From NCBI GenBank assembly GCA_963704755.1, contig OY969938.1, positions 4,230,001-4,262,000 on the forward strand: 32,000 bases of DNA, written 5' to 3'. This document shows, piece after piece, positions 1 through 8,736 of the stretch; the first letter of the stretch is position 1, and each line of letters opens with the position of its first letter. The notes below the pieces were generated by a model. That model saw only the letters and a program-made list of their open reading frames with translations. It made no database searches and had not been told where the DNA came from. Both the position numbers and the translations under genes were made by a program. This DNA comes from an uncultured Chloroflexia bacterium. GTDB taxonomy: Bacteria; Chloroflexota; Anaerolineae; Anaerolineales; Anaerolineaceae.

Positions 1-367
1 TCATGTGGTGTTTTAATTTATTCAACTCAGGAGGTCGGTCACTGGTTGAAATGGGATTGTTCATTCCGAACTCTTTTCCTGATCCTCGCCATCTTTGACC
101 GGTAATACCCAAATGACCGAGTTCGACGTTTACGGCCACGAAGCCGGTCTTTAGAATAAGTCTCTCACCGGAAGGATCGAAAATACTTGCATCGGTAACG
201 GCCAGAAAATGGCTGGTCTCGTCCAACTCGTCTTTCAAGCGGTCTTCCGGGCGGATATGGATCTTTCCGTGGATCTGGTTGGTGGCCGTCTGAATGACCA
301 CATCGTTGGGCTGTTTCGAAACGACCTGGGTGAAGATCTTGCCTTTTTCTTCGAAGTTCGCAAACAT
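1..367 (-). CDS. Small hypothetical protein, 3' end outside the window
   Basis: Minus-strand ATG at 367, 19 nt after the response-regulator stop. The frame stays open to position 1 with no stop, about 122 codons (MFANFEEKGKIFTQVVSKQPNDVVIQTATNQIHGKIHIRPEDRLKDELDE...). It is absent from the ORF track because it runs off the edge. No domain recognised. Confidence 0.4.
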   Translation of the reverse strand, partial: MFANFEEKGKIFTQVVSKQPNDVVIQTATNQIHGKIHIRPEDRLKDELDETSHFLAVTDASIFDPSGERLILKTGFVAVNVELGHLGITGQRWRGSGKEFGMNNPISTSDRPPELNKLKHHM

Positions 368-385
368 TATTCTCGCAATCCTTTC

Positions 386-1093
386 CTACGCGTTTGCCTC
401 GGCGTCCATGGCCGGCATAAGATAACCCAGACCCGAGCGGGTGACGATATGCTCGGGGTTGTGCGGGTCATCCTCCAGTTTCTGGCGCAGACGGGCGATC
501 GATACCCATAAAATCTCTTTGTCGTCGCGGTAGGAATCGCCCCAGACGGCGGTCAAGAGTTCTTCAGCAGTCAGGATTCTACCAGCGTGTTGGGCAAACT
601 GGATCAACAGGCGATATTCAGTAGCCGAAAGATAAATTTGATGGTCTTCTTTCCACACCTCGGCGCGGGCAAAGTCGATACGCAAATTCCGGTGGACAAA
701 GAAGCGTTTGTGCATGCCGGTTTCGTTTTGTTTGGAGCGGCGCAGCACGGCCCGCACCCGGGCAACCAGTTCGGTGGCCGAAAATGGTTTCAACACGTAA
801 TCATCGGCGCCGACGTTCAGCCCACGCACCCGGTCCTGCTCTTCACCGCGGGCGGTGAGCATGATGATGGGCACGTCAGAAAACTGGCGAATGCGCTCAC
901 AGGTAGTGAAGCCATCCAAATGGGGCATGGCGACATCCAGGATGACCAGATCGGGGAGTTTGGATGAAGTCATTTCCAAGGCTTCTTCACCATCCCTGGC
1001 CGCGAACACTTCATATCCCTCGGATTCGAGGTTGACTTTTAACAGATGCCTGTAAAGTTGTTCGTCATCTACCACCAGGATTTTTGAAGTCAT
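386..1093 (-). CDS. OmpR-family two-component response regulator (receiver + winged-helix DNA-binding domain)
   Basis: 235 aa. Receiver motifs VVDDE, phospho-acceptor context LVILDV and LKPF. C-terminal winged helix (LSATEYRLLIQFAQHAGRILTAEELLTAVWG...ARLRQKLE). Confidence 0.93.
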   Translation of the reverse strand: MTSKILVVDDEQLYRHLLKVNLESEGYEVFAARDGEEALEMTSSKLPDLVILDVAMPHLDGFTTCERIRQFSDVPIIMLTARGEEQDRVRGLNVGADDYVLKPFSATELVARVRAVLRRSKQNETGMHKRFFVHRNLRIDFARAEVWKEDHQIYLSATEYRLLIQFAQHAGRILTAEELLTAVWGDSYRDDKEILWVSIARLRQKLEDDPHNPEHIVTRSGLGYLMPAMDAEANA

Positions 1094-1128
1094 TGGAATT
1101 ACCCTCCTTGTCCTTTGGGAACACCTCG

Positions 1129-2334
1129 TCAGGGTTGGTCAGGAAGAAATATCTTAAAGGTGGTCCCCTGGCCCGCACTGGATTCGATTTCTATGCCGCC
1201 ATTGTGCGCCTGGATAATCTGCTTGCAGATAAAAAGCCCTAAACCGGACCCGTGCACGCTGGGACTCTGATCGGGTACACGGAAAAAGCGGTTAAACACA
1301 TGCTTCAGGTATTTTTCGGGGATACCAGGGCCTTCGTCGTGGACTTCGATTGCAACGCCTGCGGACGTTTCTTTAATTGTAATGTAAATCGGTGAACCGG
1401 GAGCATATTTCACAGCATTGCTGATCAGATTATCTAACACCTGGGCAATCCGGCGCGGGTCGCCCTGGATGGTCTTGATAGGTGTGGTCACATTGGCATT
1501 GATCTGCGCGTCCGGGTGGTGCAGGCGGGCGCGCAGAAGCAAATCGTTCATCAGGGCGTCCAGGCGGACGGCCTCGAAATTCATCACGATCTGGCCAGAC
1601 TGGAGCTTGGCCGAGTCGAGCAGGTTGGCGATCAGGTCTTGCAGCCGGTCGGTCTCCTGGTCGATGATGGTGAGGAATTCGCGCTGGATCTCGGCATCCC
1701 AGTTGGTGTCGTTGCGCAGTAAAGTGGTGGTGTAGCCTTTGATGAAGCCGAGCGGGTTGCGCAGTTCATGGGACACGGTCGAGATAAAGTCTTCCTGCAT
1801 CTGAAAGGTGCGGAACTGGAATTCCAGGTTGTCTCGCTCCTGCTTGATCCGTTCTTTATAAATTTGCAGGGAGAGCAGCCGGGTGATGTACTCGGCAATA
1901 CCGGTATCATTGGCGGTGAAGACCGGGCCACCGAAACGGATGAAGGTGATCGCGCCCAGCACCTCGTGAGGAGTCATAATTGGAATCCCCAGGATGAATG
2001 GGTTTTGCAGGCGGTTCTTCTGGTCTTCCGCATCAGGCTCGACCAGGATGGTGCGCTTTTCCTCGACCACCTGGTTGCCTAAAATCTCACCCCAGGCCAC
2101 ATCTGCCTCGGCAGATTTTCCTCGCCCGGTGGCCTTGGCGAAAGCCACGTCCAGGTTCATGGTCATCGGGTCAATCAGGTTGATGACCATATTATCGAAC
2201 AAGAAATACTTGCGGAAGGATTTAACTAGCCCATTCATGGCCGTCCGCCACGAATCGGATTTCCAAAACTGGGTACTGATATCGTAAAGCATAGCTGGAG
2301 AAACTGGTTCGGCTTTGACTACCCTGTCATTCAT
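1129..2334 (-). CDS. Soluble sensor histidine kinase with GAF-like N-terminal domain
   Basis: Track ORF 1129..2481 trimmed to the ATG at 2334 (MNDRVVKAEP). That start follows a GAAAGGGGG SD and lies 16 nt after the upstream stop at 2351. H-box FISTVSHELRNPL, N-box LISNAVKY, G1 DEGPGI, G2 GSGLGL. No TM segment. Confidence 0.85.
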   Translation of the reverse strand: MNDRVVKAEPVSPAMLYDISTQFWKSDSWRTAMNGLVKSFRKYFLFDNMVINLIDPMTMNLDVAFAKATGRGKSAEADVAWGEILGNQVVEEKRTILVEPDAEDQKNRLQNPFILGIPIMTPHEVLGAITFIRFGGPVFTANDTGIAEYITRLLSLQIYKERIKQERDNLEFQFRTFQMQEDFISTVSHELRNPLGFIKGYTTTLLRNDTNWDAEIQREFLTIIDQETDRLQDLIANLLDSAKLQSGQIVMNFEAVRLDALMNDLLLRARLHHPDAQINANVTTPIKTIQGDPRRIAQVLDNLISNAVKYAPGSPIYITIKETSAGVAIEVHDEGPGIPEKYLKHVFNRFFRVPDQSPSVHGSGLGLFICKQIIQAHNGGIEIESSAGQGTTFKIFLPDQP

Positions 2335-2350
2335 ACGGAACCCCCTTTCA

Positions 2351-3382
2351 TTACGTGGGCTTCTTGTTAAGCTGGAACGAGAACGAACTGCCTTTACCAA
2401 GATCAGATTCGACTTCGAAATGAGAGCCGTGGGCTTCGATAATTTTCTGGGCCAGCGAAAGCCCCAGCCCGGTGCCGCCATATTTGCGGGTGGATGAGCC
2501 GTCCAACTGGTGGAAGGGCTCGAACAACTCGATGACGCGGTGGGCCGGTATGCCGATACCCGAATCGATCACCTGGACGAAAACTTGCCGGTCGTCCTGG
2601 CTGATATGTAAAATGATTTTCCCGCCGATAGGCGAAAATTTGATGGCATTATCCAGCAACTGGTGAATGACCCAGCCGATTTTTTCGCGATCGGCGGGCA
2701 CCAGAATTGGGGCGCTATCCACCTGGGTGGACAGGGTCAACTGGCGCTCCTGGGCTTTAGTGAGCAATTGGCCGGCCGCCTCGCTGCAGACCGCTACCAG
2801 GTCGATCTGCTCGATCTTGAGCGGGATGCGATTGCGCTCGGAGGTGGAGAACAGGATCAGGTCTTCGATCAGCCGCTCCAGCCGGTCGGTGGCCTTTTGC
2901 ATGGTGAGCAAGGCCGATTGCTGCGAATCGGTGATTGGGCCGATATCTTGGGAAAGCAGCAGCTCCTGGTAGCCTTTCAAATGGGTCAAAGGGGTGCGCA
3001 GTTCGTGGGAGATATTGGCGACGAAATTGGCCTTGAGCTGGTTGAGCTCGGAAAGTTTCTGCAGAGCGGTCTCCAGCTCGGCCGTGCGCTCTTTGACTCG
3101 CTGTTCGAGCTGGTGGTTGGTGGTTTCCAGGGCATTGCGCAATTGCAACACGTATTCGGTTATGGCCCGGTCCAGGTCAGCCTGGCTGATCCTGTTCAGA
3201 TCGATCAGCACTTGCCCTAGAAGCGGCACTTCTGCCTGGCTGTTGCGCAGGGCATCTTGAGCTTGCAGCGCCGTCTGTAAATCTTGCGGCGAAATCAACT
3301 TGATTTCCACCAGGTAATCCCCCAGGCGCGGGACCAGGATTTCAGGCGTCAGGTGGGTGTAGCCGTTCTGAAGATCATCCAT
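2351..3382 (-). CDS. Soluble histidine kinase with N-terminal T2SS-E N-terminal (MshEN-like) repeat domain
   Basis: 343 aa. H-box FVANISHELRTPL, N-box LLDNAIKFS, DSGIGI, GTGLGLS. Coiled-coil linker. The N-terminus reads RLGDYLVEIKLISPQDLQTALQAQ followed by LLGQVLIDLNRISQADLDRAI. No TM segment. The start overlaps the upstream amidohydrolase stop by 8 nt. Confidence 0.85.
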   Translation of the reverse strand: MDDLQNGYTHLTPEILVPRLGDYLVEIKLISPQDLQTALQAQDALRNSQAEVPLLGQVLIDLNRISQADLDRAITEYVLQLRNALETTNHQLEQRVKERTAELETALQKLSELNQLKANFVANISHELRTPLTHLKGYQELLLSQDIGPITDSQQSALLTMQKATDRLERLIEDLILFSTSERNRIPLKIEQIDLVAVCSEAAGQLLTKAQERQLTLSTQVDSAPILVPADREKIGWVIHQLLDNAIKFSPIGGKIILHISQDDRQVFVQVIDSGIGIPAHRVIELFEPFHQLDGSSTRKYGGTGLGLSLAQKIIEAHGSHFEVESDLGKGSSFSFQLNKKPT

Positions 3383-4967
3383 CGTTTCCCCCTTCCCAAA
3401 CCCATTGGCCGGCCACCATGGTTCTGGATGGCTGCAGCCGGTATAGGTCCTGCGGGTCGCTGCCGAAAGGATCGTCGGGTAACACGATCAAATCGGCAAA
3501 GTAACCGGGCGCCAGCCGGCCCTGGCAGTTTTCCCAACCCGCGGCGTAGGCCGCCTGGGTGGTAAAAGCGGCCAGGGCGCTGGCCAATGAAAGGCGCTGC
3601 TGGGGATACCAGCCGTCGGCCGAGGGACTGCCATCCTGGCGACGACGAGTGACTGCGGCGTGCAGCCCCCAGAAGGGATTAGGCGATTCAACCGGGGCGT
3701 CCGAGCCGAACACCAATCGGGCTCCCGAAGATAATAAATCGGCATAGGCATAAGCGTAGCGCGAACGGCCGCCCCAAAAACGACCGGCGATGAGCATATC
3801 GGAGGTGGCATGGATGGGCTGGACCGAGGCGATGATATCCAGGGCGGCCAGCTTGCCCAGGTCTTCCGGGTCGAGGAGCTGAACGTGCTCGATGCGGTGG
3901 CGGGCAGGCGCCAGACCTTGCTGGCGCTCGTATCTGCGCAAACGGCGGTAGCCCTCCAGGACTTCGTGGTTGGCCCGGTCGCCGATGGCGTGAATGGCCA
4001 GGCTCAGCCCGGATTGGACGGCTTGTTTGCCGGCCTCGAAGACCTGCCGTGAATCCAGCGTCAGGATCCCATTGGAGTAGCTGTCTTCGTAAGGAGCGAG
4101 CATAGCGGCCGTCTGGGGCCCCAGGGCGCCATCGGAAAAACCCTTGAGCGACCCGATCCGTAAAAAGTCACTGCCGTAACCGCTGTGCAGCCCAACCGTG
4201 ATTACCTCCTCCAGGTCGTCCAGGGGCAGGCTCTTGAGCACGCGCAGCTTGAGTTCGCCAGCCTGGTCGAGCTGCTGCAAGGCGGCAAAACAGGTGCGCC
4301 GGTCGAAATCGTGCACACCGGTGAGGCCCATTTGCCAGAGGAGCGGCTGGGCATCGCGGATGCCGGCATAGATGCCGGCCACAGTGCGGGCGGGAAGAAT
4401 ATGTTCGACCGGAGCCATGGCAGCTTCGAACAAAATGCCATCCGGCCGGCCTTGCTCGTCGCGGCCAATCTGCCCTTTGTCAGGGTCGGGTGTTTGAGCG
4501 GTAATTCCGGCCTGGTCCAGGACGGCTGAATTGACCCAGCAGATGTGCAACGATTTGGCCGTCAGATAGACCGGGTTGTGGGGGGCGATCTCGTCCAGCA
4601 TGGCTGCGGTGCCAAAGCCATCCGGCCATAAGTTCTGGTTCCAGCCGTGGCCGAGGATCCAGGCCCCGGCCGGGCTGGCGGCGACTCGCTCCGCAACCCT
4701 GCGGAGACATTCCGCCCGCGTTTTCGTCTCGCAATCCACATACTGCAGGCTGGCGGCGTAATTTTCCAGGTGCAGGTGGGCGTCGATCAGGCCGGGCCAG
4801 ACCGTTTGGCCTTTTAAATCGATGCACTGGCCGGAAGAATCGGCCAGGTTAGTGATTTGATCGTTGCCGCCAACAGCCAGGATGTGCCCATCTCGGATGG
4901 CTAGTGCCTCAGCCGCCGGTAATTCCTCCCAGAGGGTACGAATTTTGGCGTTGTACAGAATGAGCAT
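3375..4967 (-). CDS. Amidohydrolase-3 family metal-dependent hydrolase (YtcJ-like)
   Basis: 530 aa. N-terminal ...AIRDGHILAVG...DLKGQTVWPGLIDAHLHL metal-binding HxH motif and a long TIM-barrel-type body. Starts 2 nt after the parB stop. Confidence 0.88.
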   Translation of the reverse strand: MLILYNAKIRTLWEELPAAEALAIRDGHILAVGGNDQITNLADSSGQCIDLKGQTVWPGLIDAHLHLENYAASLQYVDCETKTRAECLRRVAERVAASPAGAWILGHGWNQNLWPDGFGTAAMLDEIAPHNPVYLTAKSLHICWVNSAVLDQAGITAQTPDPDKGQIGRDEQGRPDGILFEAAMAPVEHILPARTVAGIYAGIRDAQPLLWQMGLTGVHDFDRRTCFAALQQLDQAGELKLRVLKSLPLDDLEEVITVGLHSGYGSDFLRIGSLKGFSDGALGPQTAAMLAPYEDSYSNGILTLDSRQVFEAGKQAVQSGLSLAIHAIGDRANHEVLEGYRRLRRYERQQGLAPARHRIEHVQLLDPEDLGKLAALDIIASVQPIHATSDMLIAGRFWGGRSRYAYAYADLLSSGARLVFGSDAPVESPNPFWGLHAAVTRRRQDGSPSADGWYPQQRLSLASALAAFTTQAAYAAGWENCQGRLAPGYFADLIVLPDDPFGSDPQDLYRLQPSRTMVAGQWVWEGGNDG

Positions 4968-4969
4968 GG

Positions 4970-5824
4970 CTAATCCTGGATCAAGCGGTCGATCAAAGCA
5001 TCCAATTCCTCGTCAGAATAATAGTGGATCACCAGACGGCCGCCTTTTTTCCCATGGTGAAGGGTTACGCGGGTACCCAGGTGGTCGCGCAACCGTTCTT
5101 CCAATTCTTGCCATTCCGGCTGCGGCTGTTCAGGGGTGGCGTGTGGGGGGCGCTCACCGGAATATTTGCGGGCCAATTCTTCGGTCTGGCGTACACTCAA
5201 TCCGCGTTCGAGGATGGCTTGCAAGATGGCCAATTGGGCCTGAGTTGAAGGCAATTGAAGCAGGGCGCGGGCATGGCCTTCACTGATCTTCCCATTGGCC
5301 AGGGCGGTACGGACGGTTTCGGGCAATTTGAGCAGGCGCAAGGTGTTGGTGACGCTCACCCGGCTTTTGCCTACCCTGGCGGAGATTTCTTCGTGAGAGA
5401 GCCCGAATTCCTCACTCAGTTTCAAATAGGCTTCGGCCGTCTCCAACGAGGCCAGGTCGGCACGCTGTACATTTTCGATCAGGGCCAGTTCCAGGCGCTG
5501 CTGATCGCTGGCCAGGCGAACCAGGGCCGGAACGGTCTCCAGCCCGGCCAGCCGGGCAGCGCGAAGGCGGCGTTCACCGGCGATGAGGGTGTAGTCATCG
5601 CTGTTCCCTTCGCGGGTGACCACCAGTGGCTGTAAAATGCCATGCTCGCGGATGGAAGCGGCCAGCTCGGCCAGCGCTTCTTCATCCATGCCCAGGCGGG
5701 GCTGGAGCGGGTTGGCGGTGATGTTGTCCACAGGGATATTCAAGATGCTCCCATCCAGGTCAGTGTCCTGGCTTGCAGGGATTAACGCATCCAGACCTTT
5801 TCCCAATCCGCTTTTACGTGCCAT
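4970..5824 (-). CDS. parB: Chromosome partitioning protein ParB/Spo0J
   Basis: 284 aa. GLGKGLDALIP N-terminus, ParB box LQPLVV..., GERRLRAARLAG motif, HTH region (SHEEISARVGKSRVSVTNTLRLL). Confidence 0.93.
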   Translation of the reverse strand: MARKSGLGKGLDALIPASQDTDLDGSILNIPVDNITANPLQPRLGMDEEALAELAASIREHGILQPLVVTREGNSDDYTLIAGERRLRAARLAGLETVPALVRLASDQQRLELALIENVQRADLASLETAEAYLKLSEEFGLSHEEISARVGKSRVSVTNTLRLLKLPETVRTALANGKISEGHARALLQLPSTQAQLAILQAILERGLSVRQTEELARKYSGERPPHATPEQPQPEWQELEERLRDHLGTRVTLHHGKKGGRLVIHYYSDEELDALIDRLIQD

Positions 5825-5835
5825 GTTTTACCGCC

Positions 5836-6627
5836 TTATTTTACAAAATCCGGGATGTGAATACCATCCCCCTCTAACATTTCCCGGGCAAGGCTGGCAT
5901 ACGCCTGTGCTGCCGAGGATTCAGGTGCATAGATCGAAACAGGGATACCGTAGGAAGGTGATTCGGCCAGGCGTACGCTGCGGGGAATGACCGATTGAAA
6001 TACCTGGTCGGGGAAATATTTGCGCACTTCACTGACGACGTCCAGGGCCAGGCGGGTGCGCCCATCGAACATGGTCAGCACGACCCCCCGGACGGCCAGT
6101 TCAGGAAACAGGGAGGTGCGTACGCGGTTGATGGTCTGGGTAAGCTGGCCCAGGCCTTCGAGCGCCAGGTATTCGCACTGCACCGGGATGACCACGCCGC
6201 TGCGGGCGGCAATCAAGCCGTTGATGGTCAGCAGGCTCAAGGAGGGCGGGCAGTCGATTAAAATGTAATCGTAATGGTTGATCGCCGGGGTAAGGGCGTC
6301 GTAGAGCCGTTTTTCGCGATCGGCCAGCTCGATCAATTCGATTTCGGCGCCGGCCAGGGCCGGTGAAGCCGGCAGAATGGACATTTTAAAGCGCGGGTTG
6401 TGCAAAATATGCGGGCCGATGGCCTTGTTTCCGAGCAGTACTTCGTAAGTGCCGTTCTTTACCGTGCGTTTGTCGATGCCCAAAGAGGAAGTTGCGTTGG
6501 CTTGTGGGTCGAGATCGACCAGAAGGACACGCTGTCCGTAATAGCCCAGGTAGGCTCCCAGCGAAATGGCTGAGGTAGTCTTGCCGACTCCACCTTTCTG
6601 GTTGACGAACGTGTAAATCTTGGTCAT
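5836..6627 (-). CDS. parA: ParA/Soj partitioning ATPase
   Basis: 263 aa. Deviant Walker A NQKGGVGKTT, ...LLVDLDPQANAT..., ...ILIDCPPSL.... Confidence 0.95.
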   Translation of the reverse strand: MTKIYTFVNQKGGVGKTTSAISLGAYLGYYGQRVLLVDLDPQANATSSLGIDKRTVKNGTYEVLLGNKAIGPHILHNPRFKMSILPASPALAGAEIELIELADREKRLYDALTPAINHYDYILIDCPPSLSLLTINGLIAARSGVVIPVQCEYLALEGLGQLTQTINRVRTSLFPELAVRGVVLTMFDGRTRLALDVVSEVRKYFPDQVFQSVIPRSVRLAESPSYGIPVSIYAPESSAAQAYASLAREMLEGDGIHIPDFVK

Positions 6628-6636
6628 GTTGATTCC

Positions 6637-7488
6637 TCAGGGCAGAATTTGGACCATGCAGGCGTTGATTTCTTCCGGGGTAGGAATTCCGGCCAGCCCT
6701 TTGCGCGAAACAGAGGTCGAGGCAAGCTGGGTGGCAAAACGGGTCGCTTCCCAAGGGTCACGGGTTTGCTGAAGACGGGTGAAGAAGCAGGCCGCAAAAA
6801 TATCCCCGGCCCCGGTGGGGTCCACTTCCGGGACGCGCGGAGCGCGGAAAGTACGTAAATCGCCGTTCCAATAAAGGCGGGCGCCGTTCGAGCCCTCGGT
6901 GACGGCCAGCACATGGACCGAGGCGGCCATTTCATCGATGATCTCTTCGCTGCCGCGTACATCTTCGACGCTGATCACGGCGGCATCGGACCCTTCCAGG
7001 ACGTAACCCGCTTCAGGCCAATCTGTGTAATGCACCAGGCCTTCGCTGTTGTGGGTTCGCAGCCAACCCTGGGGAGTAACCCCAATAAAGGATTGCTCGA
7101 AATTGCGGGTGAGCTTTGGATCGACTTCCTGCATTACCGGCCCGAGGTGAATGATCGGCGTTTCGCGCCAGGCATCGGGCACGTTGGCCAGGGTGAGCTG
7201 GGGAGCGGTGTGAAAAACGTGCTGGATGCGACCCTGGGGAGTCTGTGTGTTCTGGAAAGTGGTGGTGGTCTCGGAAATCGAGGCTATGACCGGGATGTCT
7301 TGCAAGATCGAAAGGTTCAGGTCCGGCTCGTGCGCTGTGACGATGCCGACGCGCAAGCCCAAAGCCTGGGCAGTCAGAGCCGAATAGGCGGCTGTCCCCC
7401 CCACGACATAGCCGTCTGCGACCAGGTCTTTGGTCACATGCCCAATTACCAGATAATCAACAGGTTCTAATGGAGGAAAATTACGCAT
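6637..7488 (-). CDS. PfkB-family carbohydrate/nucleoside kinase
   Basis: 283 aa. C-terminal PfkB signature DPTGAGDIFAACFF and N-terminal DYLVIGHVTKD. Ends 9 nt upstream of the parA start. Confidence 0.82.
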   Translation of the reverse strand: MRNFPPLEPVDYLVIGHVTKDLVADGYVVGGTAAYSALTAQALGLRVGIVTAHEPDLNLSILQDIPVIASISETTTTFQNTQTPQGRIQHVFHTAPQLTLANVPDAWRETPIIHLGPVMQEVDPKLTRNFEQSFIGVTPQGWLRTHNSEGLVHYTDWPEAGYVLEGSDAAVISVEDVRGSEEIIDEMAASVHVLAVTEGSNGARLYWNGDLRTFRAPRVPEVDPTGAGDIFAACFFTRLQQTRDPWEATRFATQLASTSVSRKGLAGIPTPEEINACMVQILP

Positions 7489-7543
7489 AGATTAATTATA
7501 ACCCCGGGGTGGTGCGGGTATTCCTTTTTAATGAACTTCACCA

Positions 7544-8149
7544 TTAATATAAAGGGTCGTCCGGTAATGCGCCAGGATCTTCGCCTTCGTCCGCGAAAAA
7601 ATCGTCGCCGGCACCTTGTTCGGATGGCGGCTCGGATTCCAGGTCCACCTCGGGGCTCTGGCGGGGCAGGTTCTGCAGGGCCTCGTCCATGGAGAGGCTC
7701 TCCTTACGCATGCCGGGAGTGGGGGTTCCGCAATACGGGCACAGGTCCCAGGCCAGTTCCATCAACTTGCCGCAATGCTGGCAGGCTTTCTTCAAGCGAG
7801 TGTGGCAGTTGGGGCAGACCTGCCATTCTGGCAGAATCCGGCGGCTGCATCCCGGGCATTGGGGTACATCCTCGATGGTCTGCAGCAGGGCTTCTTCTTC
7901 CAGGGCGTGCTGAAAATCATCCTCGACGGTATGGGCCGGACGGAGGATAAAGTAGATCAGCAGCCCGGGCAGAAACAACACTGCCACCACCAGCGCAGCC
8001 AGGATACGCAACAGTGGATCGCGGGTGCGTTTGCGGATATCGCGGAAGGTCCAGATAATCAGGCTCGCCCATAAGGCAACCAAAAAAGCTGCCCCATAAC
8101 CGGCGGCAATCAATGTGAGGTTGCTAATCAGGGGTGAATTTAGGATCAT
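7544..8149 (-). CDS. Membrane-anchored double zinc-ribbon protein
   Basis: Track ORF 7544..8344 trimmed to the ATG at 8149 (MILNSPLISNL...), because the upstream part merely translates the octamer repeat array (ASLPYSLV repeats). Two TM helices, then four CxxC pairs (CPGC...CPNC, CQHC...CPYC) and an acidic tail. Confidence 0.7.
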   Translation of the reverse strand: MILNSPLISNLTLIAAGYGAAFLVALWASLIIWTFRDIRKRTRDPLLRILAALVVAVLFLPGLLIYFILRPAHTVEDDFQHALEEEALLQTIEDVPQCPGCSRRILPEWQVCPNCHTRLKKACQHCGKLMELAWDLCPYCGTPTPGMRKESLSMDEALQNLPRQSPEVDLESEPPSEQGAGDDFFADEGEDPGALPDDPLY

Positions 8150-8180
8150 GGAGGCTTCCGACCTGGAAATTATAGCATGG

Positions 8181-8408
8181 ATGAGGGAAAGGGAATGAGG
8201 GAATAGGAAAGAGTAATGAGGCGATGAGGCAACGAGGCTATAAGGCGATGAGGCAACGAGGCTATAAGGCAATGAGGCAACGAGGCTATAAGGCAATGAG
8301 GCAACGAGGCTATAAGGCAACGAGGCTATAAGGCAATGAGGCAAAGAGGCTATAAGGCAACGAGGCTATAAGGCAATGAGGCAATGAGGCAATAAGGGAA
8401 GAGGAAAA
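8181..8408. repeat. 8-bp-period tandem repeat array (units GCAATGAG / GCAACGAG / GCTATAAG; 24-bp superunit), about 26 units
   Basis: Read directly from the sequence: ...gcgatgag gcaacgag gctataag gcaatgag gcaacgag gctataag.... Lies immediately 5' of the minus-strand gene starting at 8149. Confidence 0.95.
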
Positions 8409-8417
8409 AGCCAGATT

Positions 8418-8454
8418 CCTCCCCTAAAATCCGCACTTGGGATTTTGGGGGAGG
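8418..8454. repeat. REP-like hairpin (15-bp stem)
   Basis: CCTCCCCTAAAATCC gcacttg GGATTTTGGGGGAGG. The only non-Watson-Crick pair is one U-G position. Confidence 0.7.
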
Positions 8455-8736
8455 TTAGGAGGAGGCAAAAAGCGCTGGTTTTACCAGCCCATTAGGTTGC
8501 AAGTCCGGCGCTTTGCCCTCACCCCCCGGCCCCCAGAACGGGGGAAGGGGAGCTTGATTTTCCTGTTCTCTTATACTATTCACTAATCACTTCTCAATTT
8601 TCGCTTGCCGCATTCGCGAGAATCATATAGTATTTCTTGATAACCCATCAGCCTGATGAGGAAATACCTCATATCGAGAATTTATTGCACAGGCTGGTAC
8701 AGTTTCGTAAGAGGGAATTCATTTCCAGGAGGGGAC

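Noticed and set aside
1129-2481. Long form of the GAF histidine kinase starting at 2481
   Set aside because: It would overlap the upstream kinase by 131 nt. The ATG at 2334 has a good SD and lies just after the upstream stop.
4970-6700. parS site near parAB
   Set aside because: I scanned by eye for a CACGTG-centred 16-bp palindrome and found none. The absence is not proven without a computational search.
7544-8344. N-terminal extension of the zinc-ribbon ORF encoding ASLPYSLV repeats
   Set aside because: The extension is just the translation of the 8-bp/24-bp tandem array. The internal ATG at 8149 begins the TM region and is the plausible start.
8181-8408. Possible CRISPR array
   Set aside because: The units are 8 bp and directly abutting, with no unique spacers and no 25-40-bp repeat. 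No cas genes are present in the window.
8653-8672. CUGAUGA motif suggesting a hammerhead ribozyme upstream of radC
   Set aside because: The motif is part of a simple ATGAGG-aaata-CCTCAT hairpin. No GAAA core or three-stem junction can be drawn around it.
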